DNA of 64,000 bases from Octopus vulgaris (GCA_951406725.2 OX597818.1:11532001-11596000), one strand, 5' to 3'. Counted from the first letter of the stretch, positions 41,201-53,213 are shown. Notes: generated by a model not told the origin, from the sequence alone. Program-made: numbers and translations.

Positions 41201-44200
41201 AGTTTAAAAAATGTTTTGCCTCAAATATCTTATCAGCTGATTTATTTGTGGTGAGACAAATCAAACAACGATCAAAGGCATCCATTTATGAGTTAACAAC
41301 CATATAATTTTTCTGGGCCACTGTTTGTCAAATGTGTGTTTGTGTGTGTGAATGTGTCTTATAGTGATGTATATTGATGACAAAATTGATTGTCCAGTAC
41401 TTTTTGAGTGAAAACCCTTTGTGATATTTGTTCCACCTGAGTTGCATAGACAATCCCTTGGTATCCCACTTATTTAAATGCTGTGTACAAGTGATTACTC
41501 TGTTGTAAACTGTAACCAGTGATGCTGTTATTCACAAAATATGAAAGAAAGTGTTTAAATGTGAACAGAACATTTATTAATTTTAAGGTGTTGCAACTGA
41601 TCATAGTCACAAGCAGTTCCTCTTTCTGTGGTGCCTACTTGCTGCTAATTAGGAGGAACTGTTGTGTGCTGTGTTGGCCATGAGTTTGTACAGCAATGGT
41701 GCTGGTGGCACAGCATGAACCATGGTTGTCCATTAGCATATGGACTCAACCAGTTGTCACTTAAAAAGAAAATATTTGTTAATTTTTATTTTACAAATGG
41801 AAGTAATAACTATGAGTGGCTGTGTGGTAAGTAGTTTGTTTACTAACCACATGGTTTCGGGTTCAGTCCCACTGCATGGCACCTTGGGCAAGTGTCTTCT
41901 ACTATAGCCTCGGGCCGACCAAAGCCTTGTGAGTGGATTTGGTAGATGGAAACTGAAAGAAGCCCGTCGTATATATGTATATATATATATATGCGTGTTG
42001 TGTTTGTGTGTCTGTATTTGTCCCCCTAGCATTGCTTGACAACTGATGCTGGTGTGTTTATGTCCCCGTTACTTAGCGGTTTGGTAAAAGAGACCAATAG
42101 AATAAGTACTGGGCTTACAAAAGAATAAGTCCTGGGGGTCGAGTTGCTCGATTAAAGGCGGTGCTCCAGTATGGCCGCAGTCAAATGACTGAAACAAGTA
42201 AAAGAGTATATTGTTGCAGCTTAACTTCAGGCTACTTCTAATTGAGTTGACAGTCTTATGATCAAAGTTATTTCATATGTAATGATATTGTTTTTTTTTT
42301 TTTCTAAAATATATTTCTCAGTATCAAATTCAGCCCCTCAATATCAGATGTATCCTTTTTCAAAGATGTTTGGGTGGGATTTAAGGGAGGTTTGGCAGCT
42401 ATTGTTAACAGGCCAAATGACCATATAGAGACTGTTTGTAAATTCTTTTTATATCTTTCATTATATTTCTGACATTTTATCTATTGGTTTACAATTTTTT
42501 CGTTTGTTTCAGTTGTTATCACCTGAAGATTTGTTACATGCTTGCGAAATCATGGAATCCTCTGATCTAGATATCAGGTCAGCCAATTGTTGTTATTGTT
42601 TTCTTTTCATAGCTCAAGCATTCTCATCATGATTTCTGTTAAGAAATTTTCTGGGAATATTATTGTCGTCGTTGTCGTCTTCTTCATTTTCTTCTTCGTG
42701 GTGGTGGTGCTGCTTCTGCTGCTGGCGGTGGCGGCGGCATAGGCTAGATGCTTTGACTGGAGCTGGTAAACCAGAGAGCTGCTGCAGGCTCCAATCTATT
42801 TTGGCTTGGTTTCTACAGCTGGATGCCCTTCCTAATGCCAACCACTCCACAGGGTGTACCAGGTGTTTTTACCACGTCACCAGCATGGATGCTTTTTACA
42901 TTTCACAAGCATATTTCACAGGCACAACTACAATTTCTTCTCATGCACAGCAGATCACCAATAGTCTCAGTTATTTGTCATCACATACCCTAGCCACTTG
43001 TTGGGATTATTTCAAAAATATTACAAAGGTTGAAATAATCATGAATAATAATGATAATAATAATACCCATGCACTGTCCTACCCATGGATGCATGGAAAA
43101 TGGACATTAAACAACGATGATCTCACACACACACAAAACTTAAATTGGAAAGTGTGGGTTCCTACAAGTGAGATGTTAGATCATATAATGAAAGATTCTC
43201 TTGTCACCATTTCTAGAGGTGGTATGGTAGGCAATATTAAAATTCCTCACTTTTATCTAATTGTCATACTGCTGGCTTTATAGTTCCAATATCTCTCCCT
43301 GTTGCTTTGACTCATTTAAGTCTAAGCTAAACCTCATGTGTATCAATGTCACCAGTTAGGGAGCCTACAAAGGTCATGGCACTTACTAAGCCTGTAAAAA
43401 CAGCTTGAAGGTGTATATTTATAATATTTAATAGGTTTAATCTGCAATCATCAGGTGTTTTACGCCTGGTTGTGGACATTCTCAGGCTGGATTCAAACTG
43501 GGAACCTTTATTTCTATACAGATACCTGGTGTATTGTCTGTGTCTATGTGGGCTCTCAACCTGCTTGAAATAGAGCAAAATTTCCATCAAATTACACTCC
43601 ATTGTCTTCATATGTGAGGGACACATTAGATAATGTAGTTCCAGATTCCTTCTAAAAAAATGAGATGGTCATGGTTGGCATGCCTCTGATCATAGATCTG
43701 CTTAATTGGAGTTGACTTGGTGCTAAGCAACAACACCAATAAGAAAGCCTACTATCTTAAAAAAGAATGATACATTGAATAACATAGTCTTAGATAATTG
43801 AAAATACTGGATAGTCAGGATTGGAAGGTCTTTCCCTATTGGCTGATGTCTAAATCAGTAGAGCTTTGTATCGGTTAGCTTTATATTTCATTTTCCCAGG
43901 GTTGATAAAATAAAGTACAAGTACTGGGGTTGGTATAACAGAATATTCTTCTCCACTCACTGCATTGCTGCTGTTGTTGCTCTCCAAATCAGCTGATTGA
44001 GCAGATCTATGATCAAAGGTGTTGAAGCCATGATTGTTCTCTCATTTTCTTCAGGTTTAGTCTGTGTAGGACCACATCATCTAATTTGTCCTTTCTCTTT
44101 TTAAGGCTGTAGAGTGTGATTTGAGGAAAGTTCTGTTGCTATTTTGTGCAGATGGTTTGCATAATTTGTGACTGTTACAAAAAATTTTGAAATTATCATC

Positions 44201-47200
44201 AGTTATACTTTCATTTGTTTTTGCTTCAGGTTACGTATTTTTGACAGTGGTGTTATGGTGTTACAGAGTCAGTCCCACAACGAAGAACAAGCCATTGAGC
44301 GGACTATAGAGATGGTGAGTATTAATTCGAATTTTGGAAGAATTCTATTATTGTTGTTGACAGATTCAATTATAAATGTAACATCAAGATTATCCCTTTT
44401 GCATTTAAACCGATGGTATCTGGCTCAAATGCTCTACCAGTTTTATGTTCAAACCAGCCAGACCTGGCCTCTCATAACTACCTTGCAATGTTATTTAAAA
44501 AAATAAACAATCACATCATCAAAATCTCAAAGCTACGAGATAATGGCTAATTTATTCAAAACAATGTGAATAAGAAAGCCTTACGTTTGAGTGAGTAACC
44601 TGAATGCTAAGTGGGGTTAAATCTTTTCTTGCATGGCCACAACCATATTGGCTGAAACCAGTCATAAAGTATTAGCTTCGTCTATAGAGATTGTTATTTT
44701 CATCCATTTTTACCACACTTGCATGGGTAGGATGGCAATGTCTTAATAATTGTTGGGGCTTGGTATCTTATGCCTTCCACAGCAGAGAAATCAACCATTC
44801 TTTACGTCATATGTAAACAAACATAAGTTAGTTTTTGAAGCATTGAAATGTATTGTAGAACAAGTAGAAAGATAAATTTTTTTCAACACGTAAATACTGA
44901 ACAGTATAGATAAAGGATAAAATCCTTTTAAGAGCAGATATTGGAGGGGTGTGAGTTCAATCCCCATGGCTGGTTGCCGGCAAATTTTTCTGCTCTTAAA
45001 AGGATTTTATTCATTATATATACTGTTCAGTATTTACATGTTGAAAAAATATATCTTTCTACTTGTTCTACAACCATTCTTTGTTGTTGTGTATACCATG
45101 AACTTTTGTTGTGGACAGCTGTGTAAAGAAGAGCTGATCTCTAACTGTGGAGGGAACCTGTGGAAGAGATAGACCCAGAAAGACATGAGATGAGGTGGTG
45201 AAGCATGATCTTCAGCTGCTGAGTACCACAGACAAATGATTGAGACCTTTGGCAATTTGCTTTGCTTTAGAAGATACATCAATGATCAGTGCTGATGACA
45301 CGTAAAAGGAGTTTTTGGCATTAGGAAGGGCATCCAGCCTTAGAAACCAAACCAAACCAGACTGGAGCCTGGTACAACTCTCCAGCTTACCAACCCCAGT
45401 CAAACCATCTAACACATGCCAGCATGGAAAACAGACATTAAATGATAATGATGTTTTTATGGCTTCTCATTGATAGCTAATTTACATCATGGTTTGGTTG
45501 CATTCCATTGTGTCATTGATTCTTCCCTCTCAAGACTAAAAGAGTTTTCTCGGTCATTTGTTATATTTACATCCACATGATGTTTTAATTGGTTTGGTTT
45601 TGATCTTCACATCTGTTATCTTATTCCTAGAGAAATACTTAATATTGGACTGGGTTTTAACTAGGAATCTTAATATCTGAACTAAGATTAATAATATCCT
45701 TATTCCCTGGTTCATTGATGTAATGTACATTCCTAGTTTGAATTCACCCCAATACACATCCATGAATAAGACAAAGATCAAAACAATTGAAACAGTGTAT
45801 ATGTAAAAGTTTAAGGAAATTTCTCATCTCTGAAGATGAGATTAATAGTCTGAAAAATTAACTTTAATAACCATAACTCAGATATTTATCACATCAACAT
45901 CATCTTCATGTCTATTAACATTTACTTTCTCATAGATTTGATAGATCTCCTGCACAGTATGTTGTCAGTATGTTGAAAAATAAAACATTCCGGGTTCAGT
46001 CCCACTGCGTGGCACCTTGGGCAAGTGTCTTTTACTATAGCCTCAGGCTGACCAAAGACCTGTGAGTGGATTTGGTAGACGGAAACTGAAAGAAGCCCAT
46101 CGTATATATGTATGTATATATATATATATGTGTGTGTGTGTGTATATGTTTGCGTGTCTGTGTTTGTCCCCCCCAACATAGCTTGACAACCAATGCTGGT
46201 GTGTTTACATCCCCATAACTTAGCGGTTCGGAAAAAGAGACTGATAGAATAAGTACTAGGCTTACAAAGAATAAGTCGATTTGCTCGACTAATGGTCGTG
46301 CTCCAGCATGGCCACAGTCAAATGACTGAAACAAGTAAAAGAAAGAAAGAAAGATTTTAATATATTGCATGCATTAAGGCATCACTGAGGACAGAGACAG
46401 AATCATTAGGACGCTGGGTAAGATGCCTAGTAGCATTTCATCTGTCTTCATGTTCTGAGTTTAAATTCCATCAAGGTTGACTTTACATTTCATCCTTTTG
46501 GGACTGATGAGTACCAGCTGAATACTGGGGTCAATGTAATCGACTTACCCCATCCCCCCAAGTTACTGACCTTGTGCCAAAATTTGAAATCATTATATTG
46601 CATGCATTTGTGAACAACAACATTCATACTTGTGCTTGAATTAGTTTCCAACTATCTGTCACTGGTTAATCAATCATGCAGTGAGCATGATTGCTCTTAT
46701 CAATCCAGTCAATCTTTTATCATGTCATCTTTAATATCTGGAAATAAGTTAATCAGAGTCAATAAAAACACCAAGAAATGAGTTTGTTTAACTACAGATC
46801 AGTTCTGGTAGAGTATATCCATGATCAGTGCCATTCATTTTGTGACCAACTCATCTTTTTTGAGGAATTGTGTATCTAGGATTGTATTATTCAACTTATC
46901 CTTTTTTCTTTTAAGATAGAAGAGTGTAATTTGAGCAAGTTTGGCTGCTGCTACTTCTAAGTTGAGCATAGAAGCTCTTTTGCTGGTTTGTGAGGTGTGT
47001 TCGGATGAATTTTAAATGAAACATCTAATGAAGATTCCTGCATACCAATATGTCCAAAGCCTTTATGTTGTTGCTTGACCTGCTAGAAATAGCAGTCAAA
47101 TCTCCTTCATGTTATAAAATGCTTTAAAAAAAAAGAACATATTCAATAACATAATATTAGATAACCACACTATGCCTGGAAAAAAATACAGGATAGTCAC

Positions 47201-50200
47201 GACTAAAATGCTTTCAATCTTAGTCTTCTTGCTTACATCTGACTATTGTTATTATTATTATTATTATTGTTATTATTTTTATTAATGCAACAATGATCAT
47301 GATAAAGCTCGTAGCTATTTAAGTTTCTCGTGATATGAAACAGAATATTGAAGAATTAAAACTAGATTTGCTGAAGTTTACAATTTTCTGAAGAAACAAA
47401 ATATAATGTATTTGGATCTTTATTTCCAGGTGGAACAGAATGGTTCTTTAACTGCTGAAGAACTCTCACAGTGCATCGGTGTTTCAGTCATTTTAGCCAA
47501 AGAAAGGTAAGGCTTATACAAAAAGAAACCTCAAACCATTTTTCCTTATTCATTTTCTTTAGTGATAAGCAGATTAGAGACAAATCACTAGACTAGAATC
47601 TCTTGTGTATTTTAGAGGTTTTTATTTTCAAAGAACATTGTATGACAAACCAGTGCATCACACACATCTATTTCAGTTTGCTGCTACTGCTTATACCAAA
47701 GGTTACCAATTTTTTTGATTTTGAAGCACAAAAATTATTGGTGCATGGAAATTAAAAAAGAAAACAGCTATATTTTATATTTAAAAATTTGGAAACACTT
47801 ATGCCTGTCCCCCACCAATATCTCCCAATTTTTTATTTTTTTTCCAAAAACCAACATTTTTGGCAACGGGGATTCCGGAAAAATGCCAAAAATCGACATT
47901 TTTAAATTCCCCCCACTCTAAGTTCTTCATTTTTTACGTTTTTCAGAAATTTTTTCTTTAAATATGCAGAAAAATACAGAATTATACCCCTCCTCCTCTC
48001 CTTGTAGTCTATGGCATTAACAGGAAGTTTTGAAACCCTTTTCGCCATTGCGCAAGCGTTGACTGCGACTCTAAAAGTGAAACTTTGGAAGTGGTGTGGT
48101 GATGGGTGGGCGACATGGGGGAAAAAGGTTTTCGGAAGTCTTTCCAAAAATTTAGAAAAAACATCGAAATCTTTTGGTTGCTTTATATTATTTATAAAAT
48201 GTATAACAAAATCATGAATAATATACTTTTTTAAGATTCTCAGTCATTAGTATGGACTTCCTAAAATTTATATTTTTAAAAAATCTGTGGCATACCCAGA
48301 TACCCCTCACAGCATAACCAGTGTAATGGAATATACCATTTGATGTACCATGTACATGTTGATACACTAGTGAGATATACCTACTTAACATCTACTATTG
48401 AGACTTTTATGCACTTGTATCTTTTCAACAATAATATGTAAATTCTAAATTATTCTGTTTACTTTTTCATTAAATATCCTGTATTTGTGAACGATGGTGT
48501 CATTAGTCATAGATTTTCAAAGGCCCAGTCATTGGTTCATTGCATTTTCTATGGCAAGTGTGATAAAGGAATGTCTGTACAACTTGGTGGAATAAATACT
48601 TAAGTGCTTAAGTTTGATATAGCAGTTTGTCAGTAATTTCTTGTTAATGTGTTTTTATCATTCACCTGTCTAGCTGTAGTATTCTGCTGCTGTAATTAAA
48701 TGAGAGCAGAACTGTATATCTTTTCAATTATGATGCCAGTTATCTTTCTCACTATCTAGAACCACTTCACTTGACAACCTTCTTCCATTTTTTTAATATT
48801 GTTCCTCTCCACTCACATTTTACATTGATCACGCTACCATCTTTGCTACCAAATTATCTCTCCTTCTCAATTGAACCTCTTCTTCTTGACTTGCCCATAT
48901 TACCATACATCTCTCACTTTCCATATGCACTTGCTCTTTTTCTCTACGCACAATCATGCAACCTGACTACACATTATCTCCCATTTTCCCGTCTTTCTGC
49001 TGTCTACTGTGTTGTTATTATCATTGTCGTTAGCATGCTGGGTGAAATGCTTAGCCTCATTTTGCCAGTCCTTATGTTCTGAGTTCAAATTCTGCTGAGG
49101 TTGACTTTACCTTTCATCCTCTCAGGGTTGATAAAATAAGTACCAGTTGAGCACTGGGGTTTGATTTAATTGGCTTAGTCCTTCCCCCAAAATTGCTGGC
49201 CTTATGCCAAAACTTGAAACCATTATTATTGTTATTATTATACTGCTCCTCTTCATTGTCTTATATTGTCAATCAGCACCAAATCCCCCTGATCTTCCCA
49301 CTAACTCATATTTATCATTAACTCTACCCACCACTTCAACCCTTGTTCATCATTCTGAATCTCACCTCCATCTCTTACCATCCTTCGCTCTCTCCATACT
49401 CTCTTGCTACTCTACCCAAACTACCCTTGTTGTTCTTCTACCCTTCAGAGCCTACCCTGATACCTTGTCACCGCCATTTTATGTTTCTTTCCAAATCACA
49501 TCAATTATTCCACCTCTTGTATAATGTGAGCTGCTATATGTCTCCTCTACAAGAAACCAGTTTCTTGCTGAGGGAGAAGCATTGAGTGATTGACTCTGTG
49601 TGTAATGGGAATTATGATCTTATGTGTAAGGCAAGTAATTTCTTTTGAAATCCATCAAAGAGTGGTGGTCACAAAATTGAAAGTGAGGACCATCATGTTA
49701 GTGCTCATGTCTGAAGAATGTGAACTCAACATTGCAATGATTTTCCAGTGCTATTACTACTTAGCAACAATGCTTTATACCTTCCTGCTTGTGATTATCA
49801 TTAATTGTTAAGACTGCAGTATCTACAACAAAACCTGAACTAGCAGACTATCGGCCAGCCAGCCAATTATTTAGCTGATTGTTTAGTATCTTGTGGCTTT
49901 TTTAAAGGCAGTCATAATCAGTGCCAGGGCGAGGGAAAATATTAGTGATAGATATAAAATTATAAAAACCTTTTGACACTATTAACCATAAATTAAGCAT
50001 TAAAGGGATGAGTACTTTTACATCACTGATGCAGTTTGGTGGGTGAAAAATGATTCTGAACTTTTTATTTCATAAATAACAATTTTAGATAGGTCTCCTG
50101 ATAAGACACAAGCCATCTACTTACTGCTTGCTAAGTGACCACATTATCAGTTATACAAATAGAGTTCTTACCATTCCTCAAATGAGGAACTATAAATCTA

Positions 50201-50991
50201 TTCTGATATTTAACAACTGTAATATTTTATCCCTATGAGATAATTTATCAGTCACTTAGTGCTTGCAGGATAGGTTATACTACTGTCTAGCATTGCAATA
50301 TGCTTCAGTTTGAGTCAATGCTTTCATCAATGAGCTTTTTGCTTTTATTGGTCTCAGGTTGGCTCAAATGTTTAATATTAATTTACATTAAAAGAAAATC
50401 TTATTAGACCATATTTCCACTTAAAACAGCCAATGAAGGAGCTTGTATATGACTGCACAGATTACCAGAAATAGCAACCTAATAACCTTCAGATAACATT
50501 CTATCACCTTTGAAAAAAGAAAAAGAACACAGATAAATTTTTACTAGATATGTAAAAACGACTGGATGGTCATATTTGGAACTCCCTTGGTCATACATCA
50601 ATCAGAGTTTGCTTGGGGCTAAACAACATCAAAGGAGCCTCTATGTTCTTACTTGACCTGCTTGAAATAGTAGCCAAATTTCCCTTAACTCATATCATAC
50701 AGTCTTAAAGGAAATATTTGAAAATGTACTCCTTGATATACAAAAGACTGGATGGTCATGGCCAGAACATCTTTGATCATTGGTCTGCTTGAACAAGGTT
50801 GGCTTGATGCAACACCATGCAGTTTTTGTACCTAGTTGAAACAAAATCAATAATTACATTTTTGCTTTAATTTTCTTTCTTTCTATTTCAGATTGCTTTT
50901 CACAGAAAAGTTTGGTGGGATTTGTCGAGATGAATCTATTGAAGGTCTGAGATTTTACCCAAACAACTTTCTCAACAATGAGATGAGCTGA
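17181..50991 (+). CDS. VPS36: Vacuolar protein sorting 36 (ESCRT-II subunit EAP45), 13 coding exons, 384 aa: join(17181..17276,19239..19307,23347..23417,26776..26890,29292..29366,32327..32449,34075..34152,34827..34961,37351..37416,42513..42577,44230..44314,47430..47506,50892..50991)
   Basis: Hand-spliced exons total 1155 nt in one open frame with compatible phases. The product matches VPS36 from end to end: MDRFEW..., [97 protein letters not shown]. The GLUE domain has no NZF insertion and is followed by winged-helix domains. Confidence 0.97.
17920..17990 (-). ncRNA. Decayed hammerhead motif, same family as 52744-52811, antisense in VPS36 intron 1
   Basis: GAGU-CUGAGGA-aUCGCCUAUAcagcuaagcgcuuUAUAGGUaC-GAAA-GCAAUGG-UC-AGUC. 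Confidence 0.6.
19239..19307 (+). CDS. VPS36: VPS36 exon 2 ([23 protein letters not shown])
   Basis: ttttag| acceptor, |gtatgt donor, GLUE-domain motif [12 protein letters not shown]. Confidence 0.95.
19395..20160 (+). mobile_element. RTE-type LINE 3' fragment in VPS36 intron 2
   Basis: [31 protein letters not shown] motifs plus a (GAT)n tail. Confidence 0.85.
22955..23168 (-). mobile_element. SINE family 2 (GGCGAGCTGGCAGAATCGTTAGC head; central CCTTTCATCCTTTCGGGGTCGATAAAATAAGTACC resembling the MetaSINE domain). Other copies at about 32878-33090, 46395-46595, 49030-49225, 52075-52422, 53575-53870, 59609-59822, 63480-63600
   Basis: Recurrent homologous blocks with a Pol III B-box-like GAGTTCAAATTC. 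Confidence 0.85.
23347..23417 (+). CDS. VPS36: VPS36 exon 3 ([24 protein letters not shown])
   Basis: ttccag| acceptor, |gtaact donor, 71 nt, phase 0 to 2 fits the neighbouring exons. Confidence 0.9.
23665..24005 (-). mobile_element. Old RTE/BovB-like LINE 3' fragment
   Basis: [17 protein letters not shown]...[18 protein letters not shown]. Confidence 0.6.
25417..26345 (-). mobile_element. Young RTE-type LINE 3' end containing three tandem copies of a 151-153 bp unit
   Basis: (CAT)n tail at 25417, [13 protein letters not shown]-like end near 26340, units start at 25700, 25853 and 26004, CpGs intact. Confidence 0.85.
26776..26890 (+). CDS. VPS36: VPS36 exon 4 ([39 protein letters not shown])
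   Basis: tttcag| acceptor, |gtaaac donor, conserved SAKIV.HL and Y.+.SF+E.G motifs. Confidence 0.95.
29292..29366 (+). CDS. VPS36: VPS36 exon 5 ([25 protein letters not shown])
   Basis: taacag| acceptor, |gtaagt donor, GLUE C-terminal helix. Confidence 0.9.
30784..31435 (-). mobile_element. CR1-clade LINE 3' fragment
   Basis: [39 protein letters not shown] plus a (TAA)n tail. Confidence 0.88.
32327..32449 (+). CDS. VPS36: VPS36 exon 6 ([41 protein letters not shown])
   Basis: ttgcag| acceptor, |gtaatc donor, GI.GIER and AFEDL motifs. Confidence 0.94.
34075..34152 (+). CDS. VPS36: VPS36 exon 7 ([26 protein letters not shown])
   Basis: ctgcag| acceptor, |gtaagt donor. Confidence 0.96.
34827..34961 (+). 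CDS. VPS36: VPS36 exon 8 ([45 protein letters not shown])
   Basis: tttcag| acceptor, |gtatgt donor, visible inside ORF 34776..35033. Confidence 0.97.
37351..37416 (+). CDS. VPS36: VPS36 exon 9 ([22 protein letters not shown])
   Basis: ttccag| acceptor, |gtaata donor, NRARG motif. Confidence 0.96.
37758..39272 (-). mobile_element. Full-length decayed Tc1 transposon in VPS36 intron 9
   Basis: TA|CACTGAAC ... GTTCAGTG|TA ends. Transposase remnants include [10 protein letters not shown]..., TTPRQDR, DNAPSH and [15 protein letters not shown], with stops. Confidence 0.88.
40465..41077. mobile_element. piggyBac-type MITE
   Basis: TTAA|CCCTTTGTGGG ... CCCACAAAGGG|TTAA, with three internal GGTC-N-GACCCC palindromes. 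Confidence 0.88.
42513..42577 (+). CDS. VPS36: VPS36 exon 10 ([22 protein letters not shown])
   Basis: tttcag| acceptor, |gtcagc donor, LLSPEDL motif. Confidence 0.95.
44230..44314 (+). CDS. VPS36: VPS36 exon 11 ([29 protein letters not shown])
   Basis: cttcag| acceptor, |gtgagt donor, inside ORF 44168..44506. Confidence 0.96.
47430..47506 (+). CDS. VPS36: VPS36 exon 12 ([26 protein letters not shown])
   Basis: ttccag| acceptor, |gtaagg donor, GSLT.EE and LAKER motifs. Confidence 0.95.
50435..50810 (+). repeat. Two tandem copies of an old ~200-bp dispersed repeat (CTGCTAGAAATAGCAGCCAAATCTCCC...GGGCTAAACAAC) with roughly 20 copies in both orientations across the window
   Basis: Homologous copies at about 1-250, 6735-7250, 16860, 18870, 31660-32050, 34400, 40205, 42215, 43545, 43965, 46790, 47065, 51570 and 58490. 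Confidence 0.75.
50892..50991 (+). CDS. VPS36: VPS36 exon 13, coding part ([33 protein letters not shown])
   Basis: tttcag| acceptor, [13 protein letters not shown]-terminal motif, TGA at 50989-50991. Confidence 0.96.
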
Positions 50992-51115
50992 GCCAAGGAT
51001 ACTGCATTCTGATTTGATACATTTACCTAATATGGAATTATCCATGTCTGTTTATACTATAAGCATTCAATCAACCATGTTTATTTCTGTGTCTTGTTTG
51101 CATTATGCTGTATTT

Positions 51116-51121
51116 AATAAA
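51116..51121 (+). terminator. Candidate proximal polyadenylation signal AATAAA of VPS36 (second candidate at 51964-51969)
   Basis: AATAAA 125 nt after the stop codon, followed by T/GT-rich sequence. Confidence 0.5.
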
Positions 51122-52716
51122 AATGTACCATGTATGCAGTTGTAACAGCATTTCAGTGTTATTAGTCTATACAAGTCCCATGTATTGAAACCTTAATGAA
51201 ATTGTTTGTATTGTTGCTGTATAGTTCAAGGTCAACTCCTATCGAATAGTGTCATGATCAGTGACATTCCATCCATGATCAACCTGTCTTTTTTGTTTTC
51301 CCAAGCATAGTTAATCATTATTGTCCATGTTTTTCTAAATACTAGTCAAAAGAGGAAAGAGCAATGTCATTGACCTTTGCAAACACTCCTAGGCTGTTGG
51401 AATTTGTGCAGCTGATGCCAAGATTGATCTTCTACAAGACATATGAAGGCTAGAAGGAGGGAACCAGGGTGTAGTTAGAATGTTACCAAAGCATATATTT
51501 GTGTGAATGATTGTTGCTGATGTTAAACACCCAAATCAAGTTGCTAAAGCATGTTTTTGTGTGAGTGATTGCTGCTGATGTTTAACCCCCAAATCAACCC
51601 TTAGAAAGCAGACCTACGACCAAAAGAATTGTAGCTATTGTATTTCAATGTATGTGGAACTACATTATCTAGCATTGTTTTTTTTAAGATGTCAGTTTGT
51701 AATTTGAGGCAGATTAGGTTTAGAGATTTCAAGCAGGTTGATTGTCTATGTATAGGCTCCACCAATGGCTCAAAATGTCTGTAGGTGAATGTGTGTGATG
51801 TCACTAATTGAAATGTTTATAGAACACCTTTATATAATATTCCTCTGTTATGAGGATCATCCCATGTTCCTATGTGATGACAGTTCTCATGCTGTCTGAT
51901 CTTTTTTTACCTATTTAATGTCACACAACACAATCCTATGTGTTGTCACTAATACACTGTTTCAATAAAATGTTATTAAGCCTTTATCAATACTGTTTCA
52001 TATTCTTTTTCTGTATCTTGAATTTATCTTAATATTCTTTCTAATTTTAAGGTTATCAAGTTCGGTGTGGTGGTGGTGGGGAGGTTAAAGTCTATTATAT
52101 CGACCCCAGTGCTCAACTGGTATTTATTTTATTGACCCTGGCAGGATGAAAGGCCAAGTCGACCTAAGCAGAATCTGAACTTGGAACGTAAAGACGAACA
52201 AATGCTACTAAAAATTTTGTCCAGTGTGCTAATGATTATGCCTCTTAATTTCTCTTAATATCAAAAGTAATACAAAGGCGGCGAGCTGGCAGAATCGTTA
52301 GCACGCCGGGCGAAATGCGTAGCCGCATTTCGTCTGCCGTCTGAGTTCAAATTCCGCTGAAGTTGACTTTGCCTTTTATCTTTTCAGGGTCGATTAAATA
52401 AGTACCAGTTACGCACTGGGGTCTTTTTAAGTTTAGTACTTATTTTATCGGTTTCTTTTGTCGAACCGCTAAGTGACGGGGACGTACAGCAACGGTTGTC
52501 AAGCAATGGTGGGGGACAAACAGACACACAAACACACACATACACGACGGGCTTCTTTCAGTTTTCGTCTACCAAATCCACTCAAGGCTTTGGTCGGCCC
52601 GAGGCTATAGTAGAAAATACTTGCCCAAGGAGCCACGCAGTGGGACTGAACTCGGAACCATGTGGTTGGTAAGCAAGGTACTTACCACGCAGCCACTCCT
52701 GCTCCCATATATATAT

Positions 52717-53213
52717 TTACACGAAGTAAAATGTATGTTCGGTCATTGGGTGACCAATGGTTTCGCATCCATAAACCGCTTAGCTTATAGACGACTCATC
52801 AGTCTCCAATGGCTGCGAGTATATAGTCTCTTCAAACTGGAGGTAGAAAACTATTATGGTTAGTCAATTTGTAAACAAAATAATATTCTATACTGTTTGA
52901 GCCCTAAACTGGACGGGTTATTACGTTTAGATCGGTCTGGTCATCAAAATCTTATAGTCCTAACCAGTGCACGAAGAATCTCCGCCCTTAGGTTGGTTCC
53001 GCTCCGCAAATATTTTTTACCGTCCTACTCGACGAACAGGAAATCCTACGCCTGCAGCAGGTTGCGACTAAAATGTAGACAGAGGCTATAGATCTCGTTT
53101 CTAGAGTTTAAGAGCGTCTCCGGGTCAAGATGGTCTTTCAGGATTTTCGCCTGCTTTGCTATACAAAGCTTGCATCCTCCGCTTCCGTTTAAATAAGACC
53201 TTGGATGTTCTAC
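52717..53213 (-). mobile_element. 3' end of a Penelope-like retroelement (Naiad-like): GIY-YIG endonuclease C-terminus plus pseudo-LTR
   Basis: 53213-53046 translates as VEHPRSYLNGSGGCKLCIAKQAKILKDHLDPETLLNSRNEIYSLCLHFSRNLLQA* (CxLC...LLNxRxE...CxH). A hammerhead motif follows, and the element ends at a (TA)n run. Confidence 0.75.
52744..52811 (-). ncRNA. Type I hammerhead ribozyme motif (Penelope-associated)
   Basis: CUGAUGA, stem II (G-C plus 11 bp with 3 G.U), GAAA, stem III ACC-AUU-GGU, GUC triplet, stem I CAUUGG/CCAAUG with an A.A mismatch next to the core. Confidence 0.8.

Noticed and set aside
45829-45870. Hammerhead-like CTGAAGA...GAAA
   Set aside because: No stem I or stem III, and the motif sits in an alternative hairpin CTCATCT/AGATGAG.
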